Position numbers and translations under genes: made by a program. Shown piece by piece: positions 1-12,584 of a stretch of 64,000 nt of DNA. The notes beneath the pieces are model-generated. The model was not told the DNA's origin. It did no database searches and was given only the letters and a program-made list of their open reading frames with translations. The DNA is from Calcarisporiella thermophila CBS 279.70 (Eukaryota > Fungi > Calcarisporiellomycota): positions 383,565 to 447,564 of the forward strand of contig NW_027192203.1 of the NCBI RefSeq assembly GCF_041956535.1. The letters are read 5' to 3'. The number at the start of each line of letters is the position of its first letter. Position 1 is the stretch's first letter.

Positions 1-198
1 TCATGGCACTCTTGGGCTGGGTTCTACCCATCCACTAGACTAAAACAAAAGCAAACGCAAAAACAACGATGGCGGCAGACAGAGTTATAAGCGCATAAAC
101 GAAAAAAAAAAAGTTTATTAGTTAAAGATAAAAAAATGCTTCAATATCCATGTTTTTTTCCACAACGAATATATATATATAGATAGATAGCAAACTCA

Positions 199-1676
199 TT
201 ACTGTGATGATGGATGTCCCTCGCGCTCTTTAACCGGGTCTAAAGACAGAAAGAGCAAGGGGTTTAGGGGTTAGCAAAACACTCGGCATGCTATCCAATG
301 CATTCAGTCCTCACCGAAATAGGGGTGGCGCATTGCCTCGCGCGGCGTTAATCGATCTTGGTGGTCGTAGCGTAGCAGTTTGTCCAGGAAGTCGATGGCG
401 GCAGGGGATACAAACCGCTGGTTCTCTGCGGTGATGAATTTGTTCCATGGTTTCCGTGGGTACCTGTAGAGGGAGAGATCCATCGCGTCGGTCACCCTGG
501 GCATGGAAGGGGAGAGAAAGGGGAGAGGGGGGGCTGGGCTCACTTACCTGCCAAGGATGTCATCGTATTGCGAATCCAGCTCAATCCCATACTTCTTCAA
601 ATAGGCAAATAGTTCGTCCGTTCCAAGCACCTTTGCGATCTTGACAAGCTGGTCGTAGTTGTCGTGCCCGTGGAAGAAGGGCTCCTTGCGGAAGATCATG
701 CTTGCGAACATGCACCCAAGACTCCACATGTCAAGGGAGTAGTCATATTCTTGGAAGTCGACGAGCAGCTCGGGGCCTTTGAAGTAGCGTGATGCAACCC
801 GCACGTTATACTCCGTCCCCGGATGGTAAAATTCAGCAAGCCCCCAGTCAATCAGCCGTAACTAAAGAAATACAACACATCAATCCAGCCGCCATGCGAT
901 CTCTCCCCCCCTAGACACCAGCAATGCTTACGGTTCGCTTTTCATGATCAATCATTACATTATGCGGTTTTACATCGCGGTGCATGATGCCCTTGGAGTG
1001 GCAGAAATCAAGGGCCTAGCAAACAAATTCACGGCTCAGCACATGGCCCCGAAAATGGAGGAGGCGATCAGAGGCAAAGTCCTACCTTGAGCAGTTCCAG
1101 CATATAATACCGAATGTCGTAATCAGTAAACTTGGGGTACAGCGTCTTGAAATCGGTGTTATTAATATACTCGAAGATTAACGATGGAGTCTTCGACTGC
1201 AAGGCAAGGAAGAAAAGGAAACGGTTAACATTTGCCCATCCATGCGCATCGTTTTTCCATGCACGGCTTACTTGTGGATCGCGCACTACATCCAACAGCG
1301 AGATAATGTTTGGGCCGCCGGCCAGGTTCTGTAAGATCTTGATCTCCCTCTTGATCTTCTTCTTCTTCACGGGCTTCAGCACTTTGATGACACACTTTTC
1401 GCCCCGCATCGCCATATTTACGCCCTCAAACACTTCGGAGTACTTACCGCGGCCGATTTTGCGCACGATTTCGTAGTTATCTTGGGTGCTAGTGATCGGA
1501 GATGGGGGAGAGGGGAGATGATGAAAAATAGAGATTAAGTCCCCAATCTCGAGGCCAGCATGAAAAAATGGAGATAGTTACCCCCACTGAACCTGCAAGT
1601 TGTCGTAATCCCAATAGTCGCGAGGCATGTTTTGGTTCACATAGGCATACTCTCGCGCGATGCTTGTGTAGGACAT
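199..1676 (-). CDS. CKA1: Casein kinase II catalytic alpha subunit (multi-exon)
   Basis: Exons encode [79 protein letters not shown] and [18 protein letters not shown] introns; stop TAA at 199-201. Confidence 0.97.
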
Positions 1677-2148
1677 CTTGACACCAATATATAAGTATTC
1701 AAAGTGATATTCTACTGAAAAAAAGTCTCGTTATAAATCCAACGAGAGAATGGTTGAAACAAAGAGGTAAAGAGTGAGATTATAATAATAAGCTAAGATC
1801 CTTCAGATGGTGTCGTGCCCGTAATCAAAAGTAAACATGAATGGATGTTGATCGCGCTCGCGTATTTTTTTTTTAACTCTTAGCACGAAGTGAGACGCAG
1901 TAAAATTGTTTACAAATCGCCCATTCATCTTCCACTAGTGGAAATTTTCTTGGTTAGGAGACCCATTTTATTAGCGTCGTTTTAAATAGCATATTACAAA
2001 AAAGAAGAAAAAAAAAAGAGCAGTGTGATATGAGGAAAAAGTCGTTCAAGCCAGCTCTTAGACAAGTATATTGAAGTATACCTAATAGAAATTTTGAAGC
2101 ACCAGATATACGGGTATTATCCTATCATATTGTACAGCTCTCTATATA

Positions 2149-2894
2149 TCAGCCATTGCAGTATTTGGGCGGAGGCTCTTCTCTCTCTACGTAGAGCGGC
2201 AATGGCTCATGAAATGGCTCCTGCAGCCAATATGGCTGTCCACGCATATATGTATATTCCCCTTCACTATTTAAGGTACGGATGAAAGCATCCTCTTGTG
2301 AGTGGTTTTTAGCTTGGCAATGCCGCACTAGGAGTACAAGCAGCCGGCCAGTTGCAGCAACGGCTGGCACTGTGGTCACGATGATCCACCATATACGCAG
2401 TGGCAATCCCGTAGCTATATTGGATACTCTAGGCTCCATTGTGGAAATCTCCTCGCTCTTGAAGTTGGAGTGTTTGGTCGAATTGTATTCGCAAACCGAG
2501 TTCGGACCGCAGATGCTGTTACTATCATGTGAATAGAATAGCTCGGTTACATACGCCGACTACAATTAAAAATCCAACTCTGCCCCAAAAGGGAGGCATA
2601 CTTGGAGCAGTGGCTATCATTGACACAATATTTCCCAATCCCGCTATAGGCTACACAGCTCGTAGCTCTTTCGTCATTGGCAAGGGGCACCGTATAACAA
2701 TATCCATAGCGTATATCACATGCGGCAGTTTCACATTCGTCGAATGACTTCCTGGGTGGGAGCTGGCATACCCCATTGCGGCACAAATGGCATTCGCTCT
2801 CGACGCAGATTTTATAACAGTCCAGCGTGCATTTAGAAAACGTCATTGGAAGTATGAGTGATATAATTAAGAGAAGAAGGAGCAGGGATGCCAT
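2149..2894 (-). CDS. Orphan Cys-rich type I membrane protein (signal peptide, 14-Cys ectodomain, TM segment, cytosolic PPxY)
   Basis: Signal-like N-terminus MASLLLLLLIISLILPMTFS. An 80-nt GT-AG intron (2601-2522) joins ORFs 2547..3086 and 2149..2439 in frame. Hydrophobic segment IWWIIVTTVPAVAATGRLLVLLV; C-terminus EEPPPKYCNG. Confidence 0.65.
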
Positions 2895-3560
2895 AGCGTC
2901 ATCTTTAAGGATGCGGCGAAGAAGTGTAGAGAAGAGAGTGAGACTCGGGGCCAAGGACCGGCCATTTAATTCTATGATTCTACACTTAATCGGAATAATT
3001 ACTAGAATTGGTGACACCAATGCGGAAAGCTTTAAATTGGAGTGTGCTAATCTTAAATCTCTCTCTCCTGTGTTCCGACGCAACAAAGATGAAAATTGAC
3101 ATATTCTAAATGTTTACGTATTCAGAAGGGATAGCTCACAACATGAGTTCAATAGCTTTTTTATTTCATTACTTCTGCGTTATTCCAAAAAAAAATACTG
3201 TTATTATAGACTGGGTGGGAATGGTTGCCTTGGTTCATAATTTCTCATTATCGCGTGTCTGTGAGGATTAATGTTGTTTGATTAGGTCCGAGAAAATCAA
3301 TCCTTGAAATAAAGGCCATCGAAGTTCTACGAAGCGCTGAGAGGGCGTAAATTATTTGCGACTCATATTCATGGTATTAATTGCGTCCCTTCACGCTCAT
3401 CAGTCTTCTTTTTTACAGTATATCCATCCAATAAAGTATATCCTGCCGGGGCAAAAACACACCTATGGGTGCAAGCACATACTTCGAAATGTTTAGGGAA
3501 TAGGGTTCTATCTCTCATATACTAATAAATATTTGATTTTCATTCAAAGTTATAGCATGT

Positions 3561-4749
3561 TTAAAATAGTTGCAAGATGCAGTAGGATATCATGGAGAGA
3601 GAAGCCCAGAGAGAAAACGCCGTCCAAGCACTCAACCCGGAACTCCCGCTTCCAAACTTTATCCCATTTTGCTTAGCGGTTGGGCCGCTACCGTTGTTCA
3701 ACGCGCCAAGTGGACGTGGGGTGTAGGTGACGCCGTTGAGCTGTGCAGCAAGCTGGAAAGCGGCTCCGCCCCCCTCTTCATAGAAATCGACGGTGATAAA
3801 GTTTGGAATGGCGCCAAAAGTGGCGCGACAATTGTTGATGTGGGATGCAAGGCTTTGGGTATTGGTGACGGCAGCCTAGTAGGGGATAAACACCAGGTTT
3901 AGAACTTACACATTGGAAATAGAAAAGCGCCGAAAATGGCAACGTACCGCTCCTCGTTGGGGTATTTTAATCTCATTGTTTCCCAGGAAAGTACCATAAA
4001 TAAAGCTGGCACGAGCAAGATAATAGGTATTAGCGACTTCGGTGGAACAGAGTTAAGGATAGGATGACTTACTGGTTTAGGTTGTACATGTCTCCTCGTT
4101 TTCCAGTCTTTGGCCGATCCACCACACATTTGAACTGGTCAGGGGATGGAACTTCGAAAGGTGTCTCATATATGTACGTGAAGTGATCCAAGAGCCAGGG
4201 CTGCGAAGGATCGGTTCCAACATCAATGAAGTTGATAAGCCGTTTATTTGTGCTGACGAGCTCTCCAAGGGTCGGCCAGTTCTTGTCGTTAGCGGTTCTG
4301 GTGTACACCAGGTCCAATACTCCACTAGCCTTATAAACCGCAGCGAAGGTTGCGGCTGGGAGCTTATCAAAATTCTCCCATAGGATGGTAACAACTTCGC
4401 CGGGGTTAGAACGCAAGAATGCATTAATCTGCTTAAGTGTATCCCCGAGGCTACCAGCGTCAAGGAGGCTGCATGAGGTGTGGCAGAGCTCAATAAGATT
4501 CGTCGCGTTAGCCGCGGGAGGTTTGTGCGCATCCAGCATGAGGGCACGCACGCCATCCTTTAGCTGGGTTGGGATATCAAAATTCTGATTAGCTGCTATG
4601 TTTTTGCCGAATGCAAATGAATTGTGAGTTGCTATTTGGGCATATTGATTGTAGGGCTTGGCGCATAACTGGGGATAGCCATTGCAGATCTGCTGGGCTG
4701 TGGAGAGAGAAAAAAGAAATGCGGAAGCAACTAATGCGAAGAGCATCAT
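3561..4749 (-). CDS. Secreted, possibly GPI-anchored PI-PLC X-domain (PLC-like phosphodiesterase) protein
   Basis: Signal peptide; motifs CNGYPQLC, ATHNSF, QLKDGVRALMLDAH, LCHTSC, NPGEVVTI, WPTLGEL and PNFITVDFY; hydrophobic C-terminal tail. Confidence 0.9.
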
Positions 4750-5154
4750 TTGCTTAGAAGATAAACAAAGAGCGAAATGAGATAAAAACGGGGGGGAAAG
4801 CGGGGGGAAATAAAAGGAAAAGAAGGGGAATGAGGGGAGGGGAACAAAAAAGGCTGCGAAAAAGAGGGGTATGATGAAGCGGAAAGAAGGGATTTACAGC
4901 TATGAAAAGAAGAATCCGCAAAACTCTTTTATCTTTGGAAATGAACAAGAGGAGAACAGCTCTACCATTGTACAAAATTATAGCTTTGACCAATTATGCC
5001 CCCCTCTAGCCTATTATGGAGCTTTCTATTTTAACGAACATGCATCTCCTCTTTTTAAGCATTAACAAATCAACTTAAGATAATCGAACTATCTATTTAA
5101 GCTTTAGCCCGCTTGGTGGCCAAATTTCTAAATCACTTGCAAGGGCTAAATAAG

Positions 5155-5847
5155 ATGACTGATAATCATCGTATTCCAGTGTTCGTCTTAATGGTAATTC
5201 GTTCTGTTGCTGCTGTATACTGGATCCATTTCTGAAGCCGGGAAATTGTTTCCCTCTCTATCCGCTATCAATAGGGCGTGGCGGGAAGCGGAAAAACGAG
5301 TATTGGTTTAGAGCTTGAGAAAATTCTTTCCTGTCCATTAGTGGAGGGTGATGATTATCATCCAAAATGCAACGTCGACAAAATGTCCAAAGGCCAGCCA
5401 CTAAACGATTACGATAGGTGAAAAATACGCTCCTTTCTTTGTTTTTCGAAGATGAGAATTTTGTTATTAAATTTCCATCGATTCAGGTTTCCATGGCTCG
5501 CCTGCTTGCGTTATGTTGTTGAGAGACACTTAGAAAACAGCGACACTAAGGCGGTTATACTCATATGCTCAGCATTGAAGCAAATATATCGCGATTTTCT
5601 TTTCAGGAATCTTACAAAGGCAATCCCTGTGTTTGTTTACTTGGATGGGTCCCGTGAATTGCTCCTGGAACGATTGGAAAAACGACAGGGTCACTTTATG
5701 GGGGCAAAAATGCTGGATAGCCAGCTGGCTGATCTCGAAATTCCATCGGAGCATCAACTAGTACGAGTTAAGCTGAACGATGAGAAACAGCCTCTGGATG
5801 TGGCTAACGAGATAAACGGATTGATCTCGAAGTATTTAAAGGGTTAA
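5155..5847 (+). CDS. Gluconokinase (GntK/IdnK family)
   Basis: Spliced Walker A [49 protein letters not shown] and RQGHFMGAKMLDSQLADLE. Confidence 0.93.
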
Positions 5848-6471
5848 TAATGTGTAATATGCTGTATGGTCCGTTTTTAGTTTCTCCAACAATTAAAATG
5901 GAAAATCTTAGAAGAGGTTACCCACTCCACACTCTCTCAAGTTATACCTTTGCTAGAGAGCTCTGTGTATCCTTAAAACCCCCCAAAACTCCCTCATGCT
6001 CTTTTTTTTCTGGTTTCGCGAAAAATTCTATTAGTTTATGTAAGGGATTTTGAAGTGTTTCGGAAGGGCTGGGTTGGGTGGCTTAAATATTGGGGGACGC
6101 TTTGCCCCAATATAGCTTCGCCTCGCGTATATTAACCTCATAAAACTGGCCTTACGTTGAATACCTATTAGCAGTGATATCGACCGGCCTGCTTATTCTG
6201 ATGTGATAGGAAACGTAGCCATCTTTGTAGTGTGGGGCGTCTTGCCATGGAAATCGATTTTCTAGGTGAAATCCATGGAATGTCAAATTCCCAAAGGTCT
6301 AAATCCAAATTGACTCGGATCTCGATTTGATTTCGTTGTTTGGCTATGGATTGAGGGCATTTGGATCAATAGTTTCTTCTCAAGAGTCACTTGCACAATT
6401 GCTATTTTTCCAATTTTTTCTTTTTACTTCTGATCGGCACAGCACGCTCTTATACACACAGCTTCTCGAGG

Positions 6472-7770
6472 ATGGACATCGATCGTCCTCTTAGTGAGAT
6501 CATTATAGAGTCCAAGTTGACTTCTAAGAAATTTAGAGGGCAAGAAAGAAAACGGCCACATCATGAGCCTCCTTCTGGCGGTTATACAACCAGAAAAAAT
6601 TACACACCACCAGGTAGATCTAGTGTTATCCCGCCTCGCCAGGATGCCCCGCAATACGAGAAATCCTCTGTCATTAAACGCATAGGTCCCATAAAGAGCG
6701 TATCACCGAAACATCGCTCAACACCTTATTCGATCGCTTCAGTAAGTCGATCCGGACATTGTTTTACTTCTCTTTGAAATTCGAGGTTGGCTAATTGCTT
6801 TGATTTCTCTAAATTTTTTAGAGGATATCATATGCCAGCACTGGAGTAGTGACAAAAAAGCCGCTTCCAGCTGAAGAAAAAACATCTCAAGAGCCCAAAC
6901 CATCATTGGGCCAGCTTATAATTACTAAAACGGTTGAGCCCTCACGACGTATTAAAGAACCCCGCAGAATTCTTGACGAGGAGAAATCTACAGTGAAACC
7001 AAAACCAAAGCCTAAGGAATCGGTTGCTCCTGTGCAACGAAAGAAGGAAACACCCAAGAAGATTGTGGAGGAGAAGCCAACTAGAACTAGAGAAAGAGTG
7101 ACTAGAAGCACGGAGAAGAAAGTCAACGAGGATGCGATGGAGGAGGATGAAGTAAAACCGGTGGTGGTGACAGAACGCCAGAAGAAGCAGGAAGCTCCTG
7201 TGGTAGCGGTCGAGAACACAGCATCAGCAGAAGGAGGTTTGGTCCCACTTCGTGGGCTTGCGGGCGGAAACCGTACTGAATACACAATTAAGGGTGAGAG
7301 CGGGCCAGCGGTAGTTCTGGTGAGCAATCTGGATCCGATGACGAGTGCAGATGATATCAAGGTAGAAAATTGAATTTTCATAGTGAGCAAGCAACCAAGA
7401 GGCTGGAAAATTCAATCTTGCCATTTTTTGTTTTAGGTTGCCTTTAGTGAATTTGGGGAAATTCATGCTTGTTGTGTTTCCATGGATTCCAACAATCTTT
7501 CGGGCATAGCAGAGGTGGAATTCGCAAGGAAGGCTAGCGCCTTAGCATGCATTCAGCGATACCACCGCCAGATAGCCGATGGTATGGATATCAAATCTAG
7601 CTTACTGACTCATTTCTATGGTGGAATAAGATAAAATATCAATCTTTGCTTCCCCCCGTTTCCTACCTCTGATAATAGATCGGGTCCTGAAGGTGGAATT
7701 GGTACGAGAACGTAAACTGATTGGTACAATGGCAACTAGGAGTCGTATGCAAGCTAGCGACTACTGGTGA
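6472..7770 (+). CDS. Yra1/ALYREF-like RRM protein (mRNA export adaptor-like)
   Basis: N-terminus MDIDRPLSEII resembles the UAP56-binding motif. Charged low-complexity linker, then a C-terminal RRM across exons (VLVSNLDP..SADDIK, AFSEFGEI, GIAEVEF, ADDRVLKVEL). Confidence 0.7.
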
Positions 7771-8068
7771 AGTTGGGTTGAATACGCAGGCGCTATTTTC
7801 CTCTCTCTATCGTCTCCTTATTTTTCTTTGGATTTCTGAGTACGCACATACTCCTTTGTTATCTTCGAAAATGACATAGTCCTAGAAGATAACCTTTCCT
7901 TTAAATTGATAAATATCTATATTTCATCCCAATAATAAATAATGTTTTAATGGTGCAGATGGTTATTTAGAGGATGAATTCCGTGTCGCATGCTATCCGT
8001 TGTGTCGGATGCATTAGTATTGAAATGAATAAGGTATTTGATGACGAGCAAATAGCTAAAGACTCTTT

Positions 8069-8713
8069 TCATGAAACTGATTTATTGCTACGTTCTTTAT
8101 TCTCAATATTCATAGCTGTCAGCCTCTCAATGTGTACTTGATCTACGTATGGCTGCACGCGCCATAGCGCAGCAAATGTGGCGCGGTGTTGGGTAGTCGA
8201 GCAAGAATGTAAAAGGGTGCGAACGATGGTATCCTTAAGCGTATATTCATCGTCAAAAGCGAGCACACAGTCAAATAGAGTCTGAAGAAGGGATGATTCA
8301 GCAGCCGGGAGAACAGCAGCGAGGCGATCGCGCAGAGAATAAAGCTGGGTCAGGATGTCTCGCACTAGCGATAAGTTAGTATGATAAAAAGGGTAGAGAA
8401 TTGAAAAAAGAAATTACTTGCTTGCAGGGAATCCGTAAGTTCTCCAGATTTGGAGTGAATGTCAGAGCCTGTAGCAGATAATTGGTGTTAAAAACAAGAG
8501 AGTAATCCGAAAGTACGTAGCAAATGGTTACCAGATTGGTCAATTACTCGGATTACATCGGCACTTTTGCTATTTATTTCGTTCCATTCTGTGACTCTAC
8601 TCAAGAGAATATAAGTCAGGGATCGAGATGAATTTGCTTGCAATTGTCACTCAATCCGTTGGAATACTGCACCGTTCTAAGAATTGTGAGATGAGCCGCT
8701 TTACTTCTGACAT
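8069..8713 (-). CDS. Small helical protein, CINP-like (4 exons)
   Basis: Spliced MSEVKRLISQFLERVTEWNEINSKS... and C-terminal EYTLKDTIVRTL...ALWRVQPYVD, resembling the CINP W-x-x-QPY signature. Confidence 0.55.
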
Positions 8714-9242
8714 TGGACATTGGTTAGTTGGATTTCGGGAGATATTAGCAAAATCGATAGTCAAACTAAATTATGTTGCTTCATCTGTGACTGCGATACA
8801 ATTAGAGCCTAACTTTGCTATCATGTCGAGCAATATGCAGAATATAAAAAAAACGAGTATTACTGTGTCTTTTTCCAATTCTGTGTATTATTTAACAGTA
8901 GTGCATTTTTTTTTAGTTTCAAACACTTGTATTGAATCACATCTATCAGTATAAACTGTCCTTAAATTCTCTCGGTCTGAATGATTTCAGTGGCAATAGC
9001 TTTAGGTAAGAAACAGTTAGAACAGGGGCCATTAAAATTTTGTCCAAAATTTTTTATTTGATTTTTAAAATCTCAAGTGAGATTAGACAAAAAAAAAAGA
9101 GAATACTAGTTTTTGTCTTAATACCGCGTGTTTCACGTCAGAACTTATATCCCAGCCATGCCATAAAAAAATGACAAAAGAGTAGCAATTTCCCAGAATA
9201 ATAGATATAGAGTGTGTGATAAATCTGAACTCTCTCAAAAAT

Positions 9243-11894
9243 TTAGAGTCTTCGAGAGCCCAACCATCGATCTGCCTCCTCAAACTGCCCCCCTAACTCT
9301 TTGGAGATTGCACCACCCTCCACGAGCACTTTGACTCCTGCAACTACCTTGTCCCAAAATTGGAACCCACTCTTCAAGTCTCCTCGCACATTCTTGCACG
9401 CAGTAAACACTTCCTCCACGTTTTTCGCCGCTTCCTCCTTCGTCATTTCTGAACTTAAGACACGATCCAGATAGGTTTTGCTTACGATGCCCAGAGCATC
9501 ATTCACATCCTGCAGATAGGGGGTATTTTCATAGATATTGAAATAATCGTCTTGAGCGCGCTTGCACTCACCGTGGAGGAACATGGAGAGAATCAGCATT
9601 TCGAAGAGATTACGTAGGGTCCGCGCCCCAGCTTTTACAAAGGAGTTGAAGCAGAGAAGTTCCCGGTTCAACGGGCCGGTCCAGGGGGAATTGTGGAATT
9701 GCATCGGGAGCAAGGAGAGCGTTCGCGTGATGAGTAGAACGTGTTTTTTCTCGGCATCTAAAGAAAAAAATGGGTAAGATTCACAGCCCACCGACCACTA
9801 AGTTCTCTCTCCCCGCTCTAACCTGTTCCAATTGAAGGAGCCCCGTGGTACGTGCGGCTGTAATGGTCAGCCTTCAGCACTCCATGTTTGATCAGCTCGA
9901 ATGCAAGTAGCAACTGTTCCTGTGCAATTGGCGGAAGCCTCTTTTCGCCTTTTTCGGTTGCCAATGCTTTGGCCAATGCTTGCCCCCACACCGTATGGGT
10001 ATTCTCAGGAGTTAGATATCCCCTCAATCGGAGCCCACGCCACAGTGCATTCGCCAAAATTTCATCTTTATTCTCCAGCGGTTTAGCTCCCTCTAATTTT
10101 GATGTTTTCAGAGGACGATCCTTTTTTGCCGTGGCATTCAAGCAGAACGCCAAGTCCACCCCAGAACTCACATCTAGGCGCTTCATCTCCTCTCGCACCA
10201 CTTCACCAGAAACTTGCCATTTTAAGCCTTCACCTGCCGATTTATGATGCACCATCGGGTGCTCATTGGTGGGCTCATACCATTGCAATGACACCACCCG
10301 CTTTGACTGGTAGAATTGATGAAGGGGTTGAGTTAATAAGTCAAGCGACTGTGCGCGAACTTCTTGGAGGTCGTTGACGAAATTTCGGTATTCCGTTGTA
10401 TCACCATTGCAGAGTGGCGGCGACTCAACCAGCATCCCCGAAACGAGTGTGTTGATCACCTGGGTACCGATAAGGGATTTTGAGATGTAATAATAGATGT
10501 CGTCGGGTAGCCGATATCCAATAAACTCGTGAATATCGCTAAACAGATGAATGGGTGTATTAGTGTACTACATGGCTTGTAGATTTGTCCAATCCACATA
10601 CCTTGGTGCATTCTCCACATTCAAAGGCTCCACTTTACCATCCTCCCCATACACTACGTGATATTTGAGAGCACAGCGAGTGCGACAAAACGTGTCAACA
10701 TAATTACTCTTGTGCACTGCCGGGTTATCGGAGTAGAATTGAACTGCATTAAATCCAGTCTTATGCTGCTTGATGAGATCGTGAGTTCCTGGAAGGACAA
10801 AAGGAGGTGAATAAAGGTTCGTTCCCGAGCCAGAGCCAAGAGTACTTACCCTTAAACGAGAAGCCGATATCCGTAGTGAGAATTGGGAACGTGCTGCACC
10901 ACTCGAAACCAGCAAGAATGCAAATATCCAGAAATTGATCATCAGAGACTTGGAGATCATTTAGGATGGATTTCTTGCTAATCCAATTGTAATTTCCTTT
11001 CTGTCATCATAAGAAAACAATCAATTAGTGACTGATTTTAACCATGCGTTATCAGATTAAAAACTGACCTCGAGATCGAAGCTGATAATGATCTTATCAA
11101 CATCGTACATCAGCAGTTCCGAACCTCCGTACAAGGCGTGCACGTAATTTTTGGGGTGATTATGCAAGTAGACGAGCTAGGTAGCAAAATAATAAATGTA
11201 TAAATAAAACTCTCGCTGTACCACTCGGCAAAAAATACGCACCTGTCCCCAGGAAGAGTAGGGAGCACGCATAAATTCTATTCCGCGATCATATAACACT
11301 TTGAATACAGAATTTAGTAGATCGGGCTGATGGATTGAACCCGAAGTGAGCCATGCGCTCATTGCTTGATCAGTTTTGCCACGCTCGTAGTGTTCCCAAC
11401 CCGTGGCCCTTTTCGAGGGCCGATGATCCTCGGTGGAGAAGGGCTTGTCCTTTCGTGTAATATTCAGCCCATTAAAAACGAAAAAGGGTTGAATTCCATG
11501 TGATCTGCAATATAGATTAGTTATATTTTGTGTAGAGTGTGCTTTTGAGATGTTGATATATTACGCAAACAAGTCTAATTCTCGCTCTATTGCAGCTCTC
11601 AAACCCAATGGTATACCACCCATCGCCACCACAGCAGGCTCCTTGACGGTTGTCTGCAATAAGCGTCGGAGCCAATGACTTCCTTCGATACCCACTCGTG
11701 TATCACGCAGTTGATTTATCGAAGATGTCTGAACAAGTCTCCGCTCAGCAATGAAAACTTAAAAAAACGATAGAGAGGTCAGTAATTAAAATACACTTGT
11801 AAAGGCATGCGAGAAATATACACATGTACATAGATCAATGCGAAAATCTCGAGAGATTGACTAAATACTTACTGTCAAAATGGCGGATCGGCAT
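9243..11894 (-). CDS. MKT1: Post-transcriptional regulator Mkt1 (XPG/PIN-like N-terminus plus MKT1 domains)
   Basis: MPIRHFD start, GIEGSHWLRRL, PFFVFNGL, EFMRAPYSSWGQL, DIHEFIGYRLP, WTGPLNRELLCFNSFV and a C-terminal GFQFWD...ADRWL. Confidence 0.9.
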
Positions 11895-12584
11895 CTTTTA
11901 AGATGTGATCTTCCTTTACTCAGAGCAAAATAGAATGCGAACGAAATATTGTCTATACAGTGGCTAAAGTCGCGCTCAATCTATTATTTTTTAGGGTGGA
12001 TAGGGAGATATTAAGTCTCAAAGGTCGTTTCGCGTAAACCAGGAAAATATTATCTGCGCCACATAATCCAATTAATTATTTAGAATGGTCGCGACTAGAG
12101 GCCCAATTATCTTGATAGAGCATTTATAATAATATACACTCTATTAAGCACAAAATATAGGACCAGGTTGCCACAGATATTTCCTACAAAAATCACAGAT
12201 ATATATTTATTATCATAGTATGTGAGAGTTTTTTTTGGCAAAACTGTAAAGCTATGGACTTGGCAATTTATTAAGAACGCACTCTAAACTTAATGGAGCT
12301 TTTTTCATTTGATATTTTCGTAGAGTCTATCTACTACATATGAACGCTAATAGCATCAATAACCACTCTAATCTGCAACCCTATACCCAAAATCGCGGCT
12401 ATTTTGCTATTTCCAAACTCCAGTTTGCATTTACCTGATATTTAAATGGCTCAACGAAACACTTGATTTGAAGAATCGGGTGGCTGATTTATTTTTTTTT
12501 TTCCTGAAGACTACGAGTTAGAATCCTTTTGTTCCTGGGCAATCTACAGTGGTTTATAGACGTCAATTTTTATGATGATATGAA

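Noticed and set aside
2522-2554. 33-nt mini-intron in the Cys-rich protein gene
   Set aside because: The donor at 2601 gives a normal 80-nt intron with the correct frame.
3765-3780. Possible frameshift in the G homopolymer of the PI-PLC-X last exon
   Set aside because: Counting six G gives an in-frame YEEGGGAAFQLAAQLNG.
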